A stretch of DNA of 56,423 nt. Origin: an uncultured bacterium. Lineage in GTDB: Bacteria > Vulcanimicrobiota > JAJTBE01 > CAZSLZ01. Positions 9,535 to 22,138 of this stretch are shown in pieces (position 1 is the stretch's first letter; the number at the start of each line of letters is the position of its first letter). The stretch lies in the NCBI GenBank assembly GCA_964607865.1, contig CAZSLZ010000002.1:1-56423 (forward strand), in the 5' to 3' direction. Below the pieces are notes generated by a model that was not told the origin of the DNA, ran no database searches, and saw only the letters and a program-made list of their open reading frames with translations. The translations under genes were made by a program, and so were the position numbers.

Positions 9535-10974
9535 ATGAGTAATATCAAGTTTGGAACCGACGGATGGAGATCCATAATGTGTGAGAATTTCACTTTTCCC
9601 AACGTGGAAATAGTGGTTCAGGGTATTTGCAATTATCTGAAAGATAACAATAAAGACGGCCAGGGGTTGGTTATTGGTTATGACACCCGTTTTTTTTCTG
9701 ACCGTTTTGCCCGGAGGGCTGCCCAGGTATGCGCAGGGAACGGAATCAATGTGTTTTTAACCGAAAATGACTGCCCCACACCGGTAACCGCCTATTCAAT
9801 TTTACACCAGGGATCCGCCGGCGCTCTGATGTTTACCGCCAGCCATAACCCCCCAGAATATAATGGCATAAAATTCATACCCGAGAATGCCGCTCCCGCC
9901 CTGCCCGAGGTTACCAACCAGATTGAAACCTGGGTAAGGAAGGTGGAAGAATCAAAAGAGATTAAAAAGGTGGGGTTCGAAGATGGACGAAGCCAGGGGC
10001 TGATCAAATTTATGGATCCCACCAAAGCTTATATGGATGCCCTTAAAAAGGTTATCGATTTGAGCACCATAGCCAGGGGCAACTTGAAAGTTATTTATGA
10101 TCCCCTTTATGCCACTGGACGCAGTTATGTCCCCCTGATTTTGTCAGACATAACCGACTTCACGATGATTCATCCCGATCCCGACCCCTATTTTGGCGGT
10201 TCCATGCCCGAGCCCAAAGGAGAAATTCTGGGAGAATTAATTCATGAAGTGACCACCAGAGGGGCAGACTTGGGATTGGCCAACGACGGCGATGCCGACC
10301 GTTTTGGTGTGGTTGATTCCAACGGGGTATTCATAAGCCCCAACCAGGTAATCTCCCTGATTTATCTTCACCTCCTGAAGAACCGGGGTTTGGTGGGTTC
10401 CATAGCCAGGACCGTCGCCACCACCCACCTGGTGGATCGAATCGCAGAAAAATATGACAGCAAGGTTATTGAAACCCCGGTAGGTTTTAAATATATTGGC
10501 AACGCCCTTTTAAGGGATGATGTGATTATAGGAGGCGAGGAAAGCGGAGGGCTGTCCATTGAAGGGCACATACCGGAAAAAGACGGAATTCTGGCACTTG
10601 CTCTCATTACCGAGATCCGATCTGTAGAAAAAAAATCCCTTACCGAACTTTTACAGGAAATGTATGACGAGTTCGGCGCTTATTACAGCACAAGGATAGA
10701 TATTCACAGTACCGAAGAGCACAAGCTGAGCTTTTTTGATAAACTGAACAGGGGTATTCCTGACAATATAGCTGGTATGAATATTATCCGTCACAACGAT
10801 ATCGACGGCCATAAATTCTATCTGGAAGATGGGTCCTGGGTTCTTTACCGGCCTTCGGGTACCGAGCCCCTGGTTCGTATTTATATGGAGGCCCATTCCA
10901 GGGACAGATTGGACAAGCTGGCAAAAGATGCCGAGGCAATTTTCATGAATGAAAAAATTCCTACCGGCGCATAG
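9535..10974 (+). CDS. Phosphoglucomutase/phosphomannomutase family protein
   Basis: It has the active-site loop TASHNPPEYNGIK, the metal loop NDGDADR, the sugar loop GGEESGG, and a strong RBS (GAGGAGG) upstream. Confidence 0.9.
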   Translation: MSNIKFGTDGWRSIMCENFTFPNVEIVVQGICNYLKDNNKDGQGLVIGYDTRFFSDRFARRAAQVCAGNGINVFLTENDCPTPVTAYSILHQGSAGALMFTASHNPPEYNGIKFIPENAAPALPEVTNQIETWVRKVEESKEIKKVGFEDGRSQGLIKFMDPTKAYMDALKKVIDLSTIARGNLKVIYDPLYATGRSYVPLILSDITDFTMIHPDPDPYFGGSMPEPKGEILGELIHEVTTRGADLGLANDGDADRFGVVDSNGVFISPNQVISLIYLHLLKNRGLVGSIARTVATTHLVDRIAEKYDSKVIETPVGFKYIGNALLRDDVIIGGEESGGLSIEGHIPEKDGILALALITEIRSVEKKSLTELLQEMYDEFGAYYSTRIDIHSTEEHKLSFFDKLNRGIPDNIAGMNIIRHNDIDGHKFYLEDGSWVLYRPSGTEPLVRIYMEAHSRDRLDKLAKDAEAIFMNEKIPTGA

Positions 10975-11046
10975 AATTTGCCGAATATTCGTACCGGATT
11001 TTAACACTGGAACCCGGGAATGTTTTTTAGCGTATTATTGGTATAA

Positions 11047-13074
<2,028 letters not shown>

Positions 13075-13199
13075 AACCGGAATTTTCTGTTTCGAAAACT
13101 CTTTTCCTGTTATTGTCCAGATCAGCCTGGTTTTTTTTCTGAAAATTTAATCAATATTTTTTATATACAATTCTGTAAATATACAATCGGAGATGCAAT

Positions 13200-15644
13200 A
13201 TGGAAGTTAAGGAAACAATTTTATCATCACCAATAGAAGAGGAAATGAAGGAATCTTACCTGGATTACGCAATGAGCGTTATCGTATCCAGGGCAATTCC
13301 CGATGTGGCCGATGGCTTGAAACCCGTCCACCGTCGGATATTATATTCAATGTATCGCCAGGGTTTGACTCCGGGCAAGGCGTTTAAGAAATCTGCCTCT
13401 ACCGTGGGTGACGTTATGGCAAAATACCATCCCCATGGCGACAGCTCCATCTACGATGCCATGGTTCGTATGGCCCAGGATTTCAACATGAGGTATATGC
13501 TGGTGGAAGGCCACGGCAACTTCGGTTCTGTGGACGGAGATCCGGCGGCAGCCATGCGTTATACAGAAGCCAGAATGACCCACATGGCTGTGGAATTATT
13601 AGACGACATCGATAAGGAAACAATTGATTTCCAGCCCAATTTTGATAATTCCATGGATGAACCAGTAGTCTTGCCCACCAAATTCCCCAACTTGCTGGTA
13701 AACGGTTCAGCAGGTATCGCAGTGGGTATGGCAACAAATATTCCACCCCATAACCTGGGAGAAATAATTGATGCCCTGGTTTTTATTATCGATAACCCCG
13801 AAGAGCCTGAAGAGAAGTTATTAAGAATTGTCAAGGCTCCCGATTTTCCCACCGGCGCATATATTATGGGCCGAAGAGGCGCCAAGCAGGCGTTCAGAAC
13901 CGGAAAAGGTTCGGTAACCATGAGGGCTGTAACCGAGGTAGTGCCCCAAAAGAACCGTAACGATATAATCGTTACCGAAATTCCCTATCAGGTTAACAAG
14001 GCCCGGTTAATACAACAGATTGCCAAACTGGTAAAGGATAAAAAATTAACCGGAATCCGGGATATCCGGGATGAATCAGACCGCCGTGGAATGAGAATTG
14101 TAATTGAACTCACCAGCAATACCATACCCAATGTGATTTTGAATAACCTTTTCAAGCACACCCAGTTGCAGACCAACTTTAACATTAATATGCTGGCGCT
14201 GGTGGACGGTGTTCCCCGCACCCTGACCCTGAAACAGGCTCTGGATTATTATCTGTTGCATCGTCATTCTGTAATTCGCCGCCGGTCCGAGTTTGAATTG
14301 AGAAAAGCCAAGGCACGGGCACATATATTGGAAGGTTTGCAGATTGCCCTGGATAATATAGATGAAGTAATAAAAACTATCCGGGCATCCCAGGATGGCA
14401 ATGAAGCCAAGAAAAAATTAATAGAAAAATTTCAGTTATCCGACAAACAGGCCCAGGCAATTCTGGATATGCGGTTGCAGAGGCTGACCGGGCTGGAACG
14501 TGATAAGATTGAAGCTGAGTATGCTGAACTTATCAAACAGATAGCTTATCTGGAAGATTTACTGGCCAGCGATCGGAAAATTTACCAGGTAATCAAGGAA
14601 GAATTGCTTTATATCAGGGAAAGATATGCTGATCCCCGCCGCAGCAGGATTATGGGAAGCGTGGACAGTTTTGAAGATGAGGATTTAATTCCCGTAACCG
14701 ATGTGTTTGTAACCATAAGCCATCAGGGTTATGTAAAGCGGTTCCCCCTTTCCACCTATCGGAGCCAGAGAAGAGGGGGCAAGGGCATCGGTTCTTCCAA
14801 ACTGAAAGAGGAAGATTTCATAGAGCATACCTTTGTAACCACCTCCCATCATTATCTGCTGTTTTTCACCAACCATGCCCGGGTGTTTAAATTGAAGGTA
14901 TATGAAATACCTGAAATGGGACGCCAGGCACGGGGTTCATTTATTATGAACCTTATACGTGTGAACCGGGATGAAAAGATCACCGCCATTATTCCTGTAA
15001 GTGATTTTGAAAGTGAAGACAGTTTTCTCACTATGTGCACCCGGGAGGGCTATGTGAAAAAGACAGCTCTCAATGAATATTCCAATATTCTAAGTTCTGG
15101 AATACTGGCGCTTTCTCTTGATGTTAATGACGAACTCATCTCGGTTCATCAGACCAGCGGTGACCACGAACTGTTTATTGCTACCAGAAAAGGAAAGGCA
15201 ATCCGTTTTCACGAGGATCAGATCCGCCCCATGGGACGGGTAACCAGAGGAGTCCGGGGAATAAAACTTCGCAATGATGACGCAGTGATTTCCATGGATT
15301 ATATCGAAAAAGGAACCCAGGTTCTGATGCTTACCGAAAAAGGTATCGGTAAACGATCTCCCGTGGACGAATTTCCGCTGCAGAACCGGTATGGTTATGG
15401 AGTAATAGCTGCCAGAATCAACAAAAGGACTGGCGACGTGGTCCGGGCTCGGGTGATACATCCCCAGGATGAGATCATTCTGACCACCAATATGGGTTAT
15501 GTCATACGAATGCAGGCCGATGAAGTTTCCACCATGTCCCGGGCAACCCAGGGCGTGATAATAATCAGGCTGGACGAAGAAGACTCGGTAACCGGCTTTT
15601 CAATAATTCCTTACGATGAAGAAGAGGAAGAAGAAACTGAATAA
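13200..15644 (+). CDS. gyrA: DNA gyrase subunit A
   Basis: 814 aa. It has the conserved N-terminus ([27 protein letters not shown]), the QRDR-type segment [12 protein letters not shown]-terminal beta-pinwheel repeats and an acidic tail. Confidence 0.97.
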   Translation: MEVKETILSSPIEEEMKESYLDYAMSVIVSRAIPDVADGLKPVHRRILYSMYRQGLTPGKAFKKSASTVGDVMAKYHPHGDSSIYDAMVRMAQDFNMRYMLVEGHGNFGSVDGDPAAAMRYTEARMTHMAVELLDDIDKETIDFQPNFDNSMDEPVVLPTKFPNLLVNGSAGIAVGMATNIPPHNLGEIIDALVFIIDNPEEPEEKLLRIVKAPDFPTGAYIMGRRGAKQAFRTGKGSVTMRAVTEVVPQKNRNDIIVTEIPYQVNKARLIQQIAKLVKDKKLTGIRDIRDESDRRGMRIVIELTSNTIPNVILNNLFKHTQLQTNFNINMLALVDGVPRTLTLKQALDYYLLHRHSVIRRRSEFELRKAKARAHILEGLQIALDNIDEVIKTIRASQDGNEAKKKLIEKFQLSDKQAQAILDMRLQRLTGLERDKIEAEYAELIKQIAYLEDLLASDRKIYQVIKEELLYIRERYADPRRSRIMGSVDSFEDEDLIPVTDVFVTISHQGYVKRFPLSTYRSQRRGGKGIGSSKLKEEDFIEHTFVTTSHHYLLFFTNHARVFKLKVYEIPEMGRQARGSFIMNLIRVNRDEKITAIIPVSDFESEDSFLTMCTREGYVKKTALNEYSNILSSGILALSLDVNDELISVHQTSGDHELFIATRKGKAIRFHEDQIRPMGRVTRGVRGIKLRNDDAVISMDYIEKGTQVLMLTEKGIGKRSPVDEFPLQNRYGYGVIAARINKRTGDVVRARVIHPQDEIILTTNMGYVIRMQADEVSTMSRATQGVIIIRLDEEDSVTGFSIIPYDEEEEEETE

Positions 15645-15656
15645 ATAATTAAAAAA

Positions 15657-15680
15657 AAGCCTCCCCGGAGGCTTTTTTTT
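15657..15680 (+). terminator. Rho-independent terminator after gyrA
   Basis: The stem is aagcctcc / ggaggctt and is followed by a run of T residues. It lies 13 nt after the gyrA stop. Confidence 0.75.
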
Positions 15681-15764
15681 ATTGCATATAAGTGAAGGTT
15701 TTCAGAAAAAATCAAGGAATTATTTTATGTAGCAATAAATGAAAAGTAATGGTTTGAAAAAGGC

Positions 15765-15860
15765 AAGTGGGTATGGAACCAACTGCTGCAAACCGTCATC
15801 ACGAGCAACCGCAGGATGCGTGGTGATCTCTGCACCACCCATGTAAGTGGGTTGGGAAAC
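15765..15860. repeat. Hairpin-repeat family copy 2
   Basis: The hairpin is at 15794-15830 (cgtcatcacgagcaaccgcaggatgcgtggtgatctc). It is bracketed by the direct repeats aagtgggtatggaacc (15765-15780) and aagtgggttgggaaac (15845-15860). It aligns with 1357-1427. Confidence 0.8.
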
Positions 15861-15982
15861 TCACCTAAAATGGAAAAACCTGCCATCTGTATTAAACTAA
15901 AAATAATACAATAAATAATATTTGTGCTCACGAACCAGAGACACAAGGATTATTTGAAAAATTTAAATATCGGGAGATTATC

Positions 15983-17455
15983 ATGGATTACGAAACTGTC
16001 ATAGGCCTGGAAGTTCACGTGGAACTTCACACAAAATCCAAACTTTTCTGCAATTGCGAAAACCGGTTCGGCGCGCCTCCCAACAGCCTGGTTTGCCCGG
16101 TGTGCCTGGGGTTGCCAGGAACATTGCCTGTTATAAACGAGGAGGCCCTGAATAAACACATAAAAACGGCGTTGGCATTGGGCTGTGAAATTGCCACCTA
16201 TTCTAAATTGGACCGGAAAAATTATTTTTATCCTGATATGCCCAAAAATTATCAGATTTCCCAGTATGACCTGCCCCTGGCCATAAAGGGCGAACTGGAA
16301 ATTTCAGATGAGCAGGGCAACCCCAGGAAAATTGGAATTACCCGTATCCATATAGAGGAAGATACGGGAAAATCAAGGCATATGGGTGATTCCAAATCCA
16401 TAGCTTCTGCTGATTACACCCTTCTCGATTATAACCGTGCGGGAGTTCCTCTGTTGGAGATTGTATCTGAACCCGATATGAGTTCTCCCGAAGAAGCCTA
16501 TAATTATCTTGTAAACCTCAAGAAAATCCTCACCTGGCTTGAAGTAAGCGATTGTAAAATGGAAGAGGGCAGTTTGAGATGTGATGCAAACATTTCATTA
16601 AGGCCGATGGGTTCAAAAAAGTTGGGTTGCAAGGTGGAAATTAAAAATATGAACTCCTTCAGGGGGGTAAGAAATGCCCTGGAATTCGAAGTGAAACGCC
16701 AGAAAGAATTATTGGAAGATGGAAAGAAAATTGTTCAGGAAACCAGAGGCTGGGAGGACGATAAAGGGCTCACCATATCCATGCGATCCAAGGAAGAAGC
16801 CCATGATTATCGATATTTTCCCGAACCTGATCTCCCCCCAATCAAAGTAGGTCAGGACTGGCTTCAGGATATTCAATCGAAACTGCCGGAAATGCCGAAA
16901 GACATGGCACAAAGGCTTGTCCGCCAGTATGATATTCCCGAATATGATTCGGAAGTTCTTACCAGCAGCAGGCAATTGGCAAAGTTTTTCGAAAAATCCG
17001 CAAAAATCGCTCAAAACCCCAAACAGGTTTCCAACTGGCTTATGGGAGATATATCCGCTTATCTCAACAGTAAAGATATGAAAATCACCCGGACAGAATT
17101 AAAACCGGAAGCCCTGGGAAAAATGGTGAAGCTGATTGATGAAGAAGTAATAAGCGGTAAAATAGCAAAAAAGCTCATAAAAGTATTGCTGGAAAAAGGC
17201 GGAGACCCCGAAAAAATTGTAGAAGAAAATTGTTGGAAACAGATTACTTCAAAACGGGAACTCCGGCCACTGATTGATAAAGTGATTGAAGAAAACAACC
17301 AGGCTGTACAGGATTATCTTGAAGGCAGGGAATCAATAAAGCAGTTTCTTGTGGGCCAGGTAATGAAAGCCAGCCGGGGTAAGGCCAGCCCGAAATTTGC
17401 CAATACTTTTTTAGATGAAGCCCTGGCAGAGAAAAATCAAGGGCAGGGAGGGTAA
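15983..17455 (+). CDS. gatB: Asp-tRNA(Asn)/Glu-tRNA(Gln) amidotransferase subunit B
   Basis: The N-terminus (YETVIGLEVHVELHTKSKLFCNC) and the C-terminal GatB/YqeY domain are both present. 490 aa. Confidence 0.95.
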   Translation: MDYETVIGLEVHVELHTKSKLFCNCENRFGAPPNSLVCPVCLGLPGTLPVINEEALNKHIKTALALGCEIATYSKLDRKNYFYPDMPKNYQISQYDLPLAIKGELEISDEQGNPRKIGITRIHIEEDTGKSRHMGDSKSIASADYTLLDYNRAGVPLLEIVSEPDMSSPEEAYNYLVNLKKILTWLEVSDCKMEEGSLRCDANISLRPMGSKKLGCKVEIKNMNSFRGVRNALEFEVKRQKELLEDGKKIVQETRGWEDDKGLTISMRSKEEAHDYRYFPEPDLPPIKVGQDWLQDIQSKLPEMPKDMAQRLVRQYDIPEYDSEVLTSSRQLAKFFEKSAKIAQNPKQVSNWLMGDISAYLNSKDMKITRTELKPEALGKMVKLIDEEVISGKIAKKLIKVLLEKGGDPEKIVEENCWKQITSKRELRPLIDKVIEENNQAVQDYLEGRESIKQFLVGQVMKASRGKASPKFANTFLDEALAEKNQGQGG

Positions 17456-17457
17456 AA

Positions 17458-18756
17458 TTGGAGTTTTTAAATAATTATTTTAAACTGAAGGAACGGGAAA
17501 GTTCTGTTAAAATTGAGATCATCGCCGGCGTTACTACATTTTTATCCATGGCTTACATAATTTTTGTAAACCCCGATATCCTCAGCGCAACCGGCATGCC
17601 CAAGGATGCACTGATTATAGCCACCTGCCTTGCCTCTGCATTTGCCTGTCTTCTGGTGGGTTTTGTTGCAAAAGTACCCATAGCAATGGCGCCGGGAATG
17701 GGGCTGAATGCATTTTTTGCATTTACCCTGGTTCAGGCCGGAACTGTAAGCTGGCAAACCGGGCTGGGCATAGTTTTTATATCCGGGCTTGTATTTTTTA
17801 TTCTGTCAGTGACCAGGGTGCGGGAAAGAATTGTAAAAGCTATACCTGCGCCTATCATTGATGCAACCTCTGTAGGAATCGGAATATTCATTGCTTTTAT
17901 AGGGCTTAAAAACCTGGGGATAGTGGTAAATGATGATACAAACCTGGTTACCCTGGGCCAGTTTTCCACACCGGTTTTAATCGGAATTGCCGGGTTGTTA
18001 CTTATAATTATTCTGGAGCTTTTCAAAGTGAAGGGGTCCATCCTCATAAGCATTGTTGCCACAACTGTAGTGGGAATTCTACTGGGTAAAGTTTCGATGC
18101 CCGAAAAAATGGTGAACCTTAATTTTAACTATTCACGGATTTTACTTCAGCTTGATATAATAGGGGCTTTAAAATGGGGCTTTCTGGGCTCTATCTTTAC
18201 ATTGATGTTTGTGGATATGTTCGACAGTGTGGGAACCCTGGTTGCATGCCTGAAGGAAGCCAAACTGGTGAAAGAAGATGGCACTTTGAAGGAGTTGGGC
18301 ACTTTGCTGACCCTGGATGCAGTTGCCACCATGGTGGGCGCCCTGCTGGGGACTTCCACCACCACAGCTTACGTTGAATCAGCCACAGGTATTGAGGAAG
18401 GGGGGCGTACCGGTATTACAGCCATAGTTACCGGGCTTCTGTTTTTACTGGCCATAGTTTTACTACCCATAATCAGCATAGTCCCCGGCTTTGCCACAGC
18501 ACCTGCGCTTATAGTCGTAGGGCTGTTTATGATGAAAGGGGTCAGAAACGTAGATTTTAAAGACCTGGAGATTGCCTTCCCCGCTTTCATGACCATCATG
18601 CTTATGCCTCTTAACTATTCAATCAGCACCGGGCTGTCTTTCGGTTTTATTTCTTATGCTCTGATAAAAACAATCAGGGGAAAATTCAAGGAAGTGGATC
18701 CGGTATTATGGATTATTGCCGCTCTTTCAATATTGAGCCTGGTAATGCATAAATAG
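17458..18756 (+). CDS. NCS2-family nucleobase (adenine/guanine/hypoxanthine-type) permease
   Basis: TTG start, 5 nt after GGAGGG. It has the AzgA/PbuG-like N-terminus (EIIAGVTTFLSMAYIIFVNPDIL) and about 12 hydrophobic segments. Confidence 0.85.
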   Translation: MEFLNNYFKLKERESSVKIEIIAGVTTFLSMAYIIFVNPDILSATGMPKDALIIATCLASAFACLLVGFVAKVPIAMAPGMGLNAFFAFTLVQAGTVSWQTGLGIVFISGLVFFILSVTRVRERIVKAIPAPIIDATSVGIGIFIAFIGLKNLGIVVNDDTNLVTLGQFSTPVLIGIAGLLLIIILELFKVKGSILISIVATTVVGILLGKVSMPEKMVNLNFNYSRILLQLDIIGALKWGFLGSIFTLMFVDMFDSVGTLVACLKEAKLVKEDGTLKELGTLLTLDAVATMVGALLGTSTTTAYVESATGIEEGGRTGITAIVTGLLFLLAIVLLPIISIVPGFATAPALIVVGLFMMKGVRNVDFKDLEIAFPAFMTIMLMPLNYSISTGLSFGFISYALIKTIRGKFKEVDPVLWIIAALSILSLVMHK

Positions 18757-18764
18757 GGGGAAAA

Positions 18765-19961
18765 ATGAAGGAACTGATAGAAAAAATTGCAATTCCCCGT
18801 AGAAGCGGCAGTGAGGGAGAAAAAAAAGCCCGCGAATTCATTACTGCCGAACTGGGAAAAATCTTAAAGGATAAAGGCAGGACAGAAACTGAGGAATTTT
18901 CTTTTTCTTCCGATAACCACCGCATTCAATATGGTTCTTTTTCTGTTATTCTTGTAATTTTACTTTTCATTAACCTGATGTTGTTAATTTATGTTAAAAC
19001 TCCTCCGCTGAAATATGCCCCGGTTATAACAGGGCCCCTGATAATAATTTTTCTTTTGATGGCTTCCCGATGGAACAGTTTGAACGAAAAACTAAGTTAC
19101 CGTAAGAGCAAATCCATGATTGATACGGCAAATATTATTGGCAAACTGGGAAATGAAAGCACCGGAACCGTAATTTTTTCCGCGCACTATGACTCCAAAT
19201 CTTCTGGAATAACCTCTTTTACCAGGGTTGCTTTATTGGGGCTGGCTTTTTGCTGCTGTCTGTTTGTTGCCGTTTATTCCGTTGGAGTATCTATATATTT
19301 ATACTATAACCCTATAGTTGATATTACCATGGATATAGCTGTCACCAGGATGAACCTCTTTTTGGCTTTTCTATCTATCGTTGTTATGCTGATATTTATG
19401 ATCTTTTTCTTTTCAAAATCGGGTAATGAATCAAAAGGTTATCTGGATAATGCTTCCGGAGTAACCGTGTTATTGGAATTAGCTCAATACTTTGCCGAGA
19501 ATCCGCCTGAAAATTTAAATGTCTGGTTTTTATTCACAGCTGCCGAAGAAGAAGGCCTGGTCGGGATGATTCGTTTCCTGGATATGAATAAGGATTTGGA
19601 TAAGACCAACACCTGTTTTATTAACCTGGATTGTGTCAGCGCAGCCGGCCGTCTTTATGTGACAGGTAAAAAACCGCCTCAAAACAATGCTTTCAACCTT
19701 TTGGATGTCATAAAAAATGCCTGCAGACAAAGTGAAATTGAATGCCATTATTATTCTTCTGTTCCCGGAATATGCTATGATGGCACAGTTGCAGCATTTC
19801 ACAAATACCCCGCCGTAAACTTCTCCTACTGTAAATTTTTTGATATTATGCATATCCATACTAAAAAAGATAATGAAACAAAACTTGACGAAGGTTCATT
19901 GAAAAATACCTTTAAGGTTTGTAAGAAAACTGTAGAAATAATGGATGGGGTTGAAAATTAA
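18765..19961 (+). CDS. Membrane-embedded M28-family metallopeptidase
   Basis: The M28 metal-ligand motifs are present (FSAHYDSK, FTAAEEEGLVG), and several TM helices are inserted between them. Confidence 0.72.
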   Translation: MKELIEKIAIPRRSGSEGEKKAREFITAELGKILKDKGRTETEEFSFSSDNHRIQYGSFSVILVILLFINLMLLIYVKTPPLKYAPVITGPLIIIFLLMASRWNSLNEKLSYRKSKSMIDTANIIGKLGNESTGTVIFSAHYDSKSSGITSFTRVALLGLAFCCCLFVAVYSVGVSIYLYYNPIVDITMDIAVTRMNLFLAFLSIVVMLIFMIFFFSKSGNESKGYLDNASGVTVLLELAQYFAENPPENLNVWFLFTAAEEEGLVGMIRFLDMNKDLDKTNTCFINLDCVSAAGRLYVTGKKPPQNNAFNLLDVIKNACRQSEIECHYYSSVPGICYDGTVAAFHKYPAVNFSYCKFFDIMHIHTKKDNETKLDEGSLKNTFKVCKKTVEIMDGVEN

Positions 19962-19962
19962 A

Positions 19963-20001
19963 AACCGCCGTTATAAAGTCATGGGCAAAATAACGGCGGT
20001 T
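19963..20001. terminator. Hairpin between convergent genes (12-bp stem); better terminator for the minus-strand gene
   Basis: aaccgccgttat (19963-19974) pairs with ataacggcggtt (19990-20001). On the minus strand the stem is followed by tttaatttt. Confidence 0.5.
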
Positions 20002-20024
20002 CTAAACTGGTTTTATTGTTCGAA

Positions 20025-21251
20025 TCAGGCGGGAATCATTTCCTGCTGTTGAAGGCGTTTAACCGGGTTGGGCCCCTTTACCTCGGAACGGTAATCCTTT
20101 CCTTTCTGGTCTGCCATACTCTTGATAACGTCAATACTGGGCAGGAAGCCTCCCTGGTTAACCGATTTCTGATAACTGTAGAAACGGTTATCTCTGGGAA
20201 GATCTACCTTGTTTATGTACTCGGTACCATAAGTGGTGTAGTCAATTGTATTTCTGAGGACCTTTCGGACATAATCGATATTTGATTTAAATTCCATAGG
20301 TTCGGGCAGTTCTCTGGGAAGGAGATTTCTTCCATCGCGGTTATCATACTTTTTCATCAATTCAATTGCTTTGTGAAGATGCCCTAATTCCATATTGAGG
20401 TGTAATTCCCATATATCTTTTATTCTCTTGTCGGTCTCATAGGAATACATGGAATAATAGAGATAGCATTCATTATATTCATGAAGCAGCAGCCTTTCCG
20501 CCCAGGTTGCAGATGGATCCATAAGAGATTCATAATGGGTTACATGCTCCTCTTCCACCATGGCAATTTCCTGATATAAACCTCTTCCCAGTCTTTCTTC
20601 GGGACGATTGCCCACGTTGTTATAGAAATTCATGGTTTGCTGTTCGCCTGCCACAATGGTAAGCAGGTTAAGTTTAGTTTGAATGTCCGCCTTTTTGTTG
20701 TCTATCGGCTTTCTTATGTCATCCTTGGGGTTCCTGTGTTCTTCATAGGTGGGACGGCCAGGGGTTATTTCAGTGAGTTTTTCGACTATCTTTTCACCTT
20801 TCTTACCCTGGGTTAAAGCCATGAGGTTAGCATAACGGTAGAGATGATCGAAATCTTCAAGTAAGGCAAAATCCAACGCTTTTTTCACTTCTTCATCAGG
20901 TTCATTCTGAGCCAGCCAGGCAGTAAGGTCCACAGCTACCTGTTCGAAACCCAGTGTAACCTCCAATACATTTTCATTTGCAGGTATCAGCCAGTTGATT
21001 ACTTTTTGCTGTTGCTGTTCAAGCCGGCGCGTCTGAGCCAGTTCTCTTTTTAATTCTAAATTGGAACAATGCCTGGAAAATTGATGCCCGAACCAGTTGG
21101 CTTCAAATTCGATACCGTTCATAAGTATGATTCTGGTACGGGTATAGGGATGAACCTCTTCGTTATTATAGGGCTCCACACAGAGTTGCTCCCAGTTTCT
21201 TGTCTGTTTTTCCAGGGGAATCCCCTTTTCTTCTAATGGATTAAAACTCAT
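20025..21251 (-). CDS. Ferritin-like / di-iron-carboxylate-like protein of unknown function
   Basis: I placed the start at the ATG at 21251 (MSFNPLEEKG), which is preceded by AAAGGAGG. The track start at 21326 has no RBS. Carboxylate/His motifs are present: LLEDFDHLYRY, MVEEEHVTHYE and NMELGHLHKA. The functional call is weak. Confidence 0.55.
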   Translation of the reverse strand: MSFNPLEEKGIPLEKQTRNWEQLCVEPYNNEEVHPYTRTRIILMNGIEFEANWFGHQFSRHCSNLELKRELAQTRRLEQQQQKVINWLIPANENVLEVTLGFEQVAVDLTAWLAQNEPDEEVKKALDFALLEDFDHLYRYANLMALTQGKKGEKIVEKLTEITPGRPTYEEHRNPKDDIRKPIDNKKADIQTKLNLLTIVAGEQQTMNFYNNVGNRPEERLGRGLYQEIAMVEEEHVTHYESLMDPSATWAERLLLHEYNECYLYYSMYSYETDKRIKDIWELHLNMELGHLHKAIELMKKYDNRDGRNLLPRELPEPMEFKSNIDYVRKVLRNTIDYTTYGTEYINKVDLPRDNRFYSYQKSVNQGGFLPSIDVIKSMADQKGKDYRSEVKGPNPVKRLQQQEMIPA

Positions 21252-21384
21252 TATACATCCTCCTTTTGTCTGAATAACGTAATTCATAAAACAAAAAGAA
21301 TTGGCCAAAGTTTCCTTAACATGCATAATGAAAGATGATTTGGATTTTTCTGGTTAAAGGTGGGGGCTGAGAAAAAAGGCAAAT

Positions 21385-21412
21385 AAAAAAAGCCCCGCTC
21401 GGGGCTTTTTTT
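21385..21412 (-). terminator. Bidirectional rho-independent terminator downstream of carD
   Basis: The hairpin is agcccc-gctc-ggggct. It is flanked by an A-run on one side and a T-run on the other. Confidence 0.75.
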
Positions 21413-21428
21413 ATTTGCTTTTTGTAGT

Positions 21429-21923
21429 TTATGCTTCAACCTGTGGAGGTTTTACAGTATCGTCAATTAAAGTTTCAGCTTCTTCCTCGCTGATTTTCTT
21501 TACATAACTGACCTCGGAACAGAAGATTTTCTTGGCAGCTTTAAGCATGGTCTGTTCCTTTCTGGATAGTTTTTTCCGATGAAGGAGTTCAGAGAGATCT
21601 CTTATAACCTCAGCCATTTGAAACACATCCGCCGATTTTATCTTCTTCATGTTTAAATTATATCTTTCTGAAGAACGGGCGGGCATATCGTCGCTCTTGT
21701 TTTTCATTACATCCAATACTTTTTTTATCTCATCTCTGGAAGTCAACCCGCGAATCATGGATTTCTGGTCCAGGTTCACCATTATTTTTAACCTGTCATC
21801 AGTGAAGTTTATTACAGAAAACTTACTGGTTTTTCCCAGTATCTTTTTTTCTTCGATTTTTTCCACAGTACCAATTCCGTGTAAAGGATGCATAACTTTT
21901 TGTCCAACTTGATACTTACGCAT
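21429..21923 (-). CDS. carD: CarD/CdnL-family RNA-polymerase-binding transcription regulator
   Basis: The N-terminal CarD_TRCF motif is present (YQVGQKVMHPLHGIGTVEKIEEKKILG). 164 aa. Confidence 0.85.
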   Translation of the reverse strand: MRKYQVGQKVMHPLHGIGTVEKIEEKKILGKTSKFSVINFTDDRLKIMVNLDQKSMIRGLTSRDEIKKVLDVMKNKSDDMPARSSERYNLNMKKIKSADVFQMAEVIRDLSELLHRKKLSRKEQTMLKAAKKIFCSEVSYVKKISEEEAETLIDDTVKPPQVEA

Positions 21924-21958
21924 TTTCCTCGTCTCCTATTACAAATTGAGTTCAGTTT

Positions 21959-21987
21959 ATTGTAGCATAATTCATACAAATATTCAA
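21959..21987 (-). promoter_or_regulatory. Candidate sigma-70 promoter for carD (TTGAAT-N17-TACAAT)
   Basis: On the minus strand, TTGAAT (21987-21982) is followed by a 17-nt spacer and then TACAAT (21964-21959). The -10 element lies about 36 nt upstream of the ATG. Confidence 0.45.
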
Positions 21988-22138
21988 TAAAATTAGTTGG
22001 TGTAAATGTTACAATTATTTTAACAAATCACCAGAATTTTTACTTTGATTCCCATAAACATGGGAACCAAATCATGAAACCCTGGTTAACCTAAAAAAAG
22101 AAGATTATATAATATTTTTAAAGATAATTTGAAAATCT

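Noticed and set aside
20016-20030. The sequence gttcgaatc resembles a tRNA T-loop.
   Set aside because: No acceptor or anticodon arms can be drawn around it, and it lies at the 3' end of a coding gene. I found no tRNA, rRNA, tmRNA or RNase P signatures (e.g. GAGGAAAGTCC) anywhere in the window.
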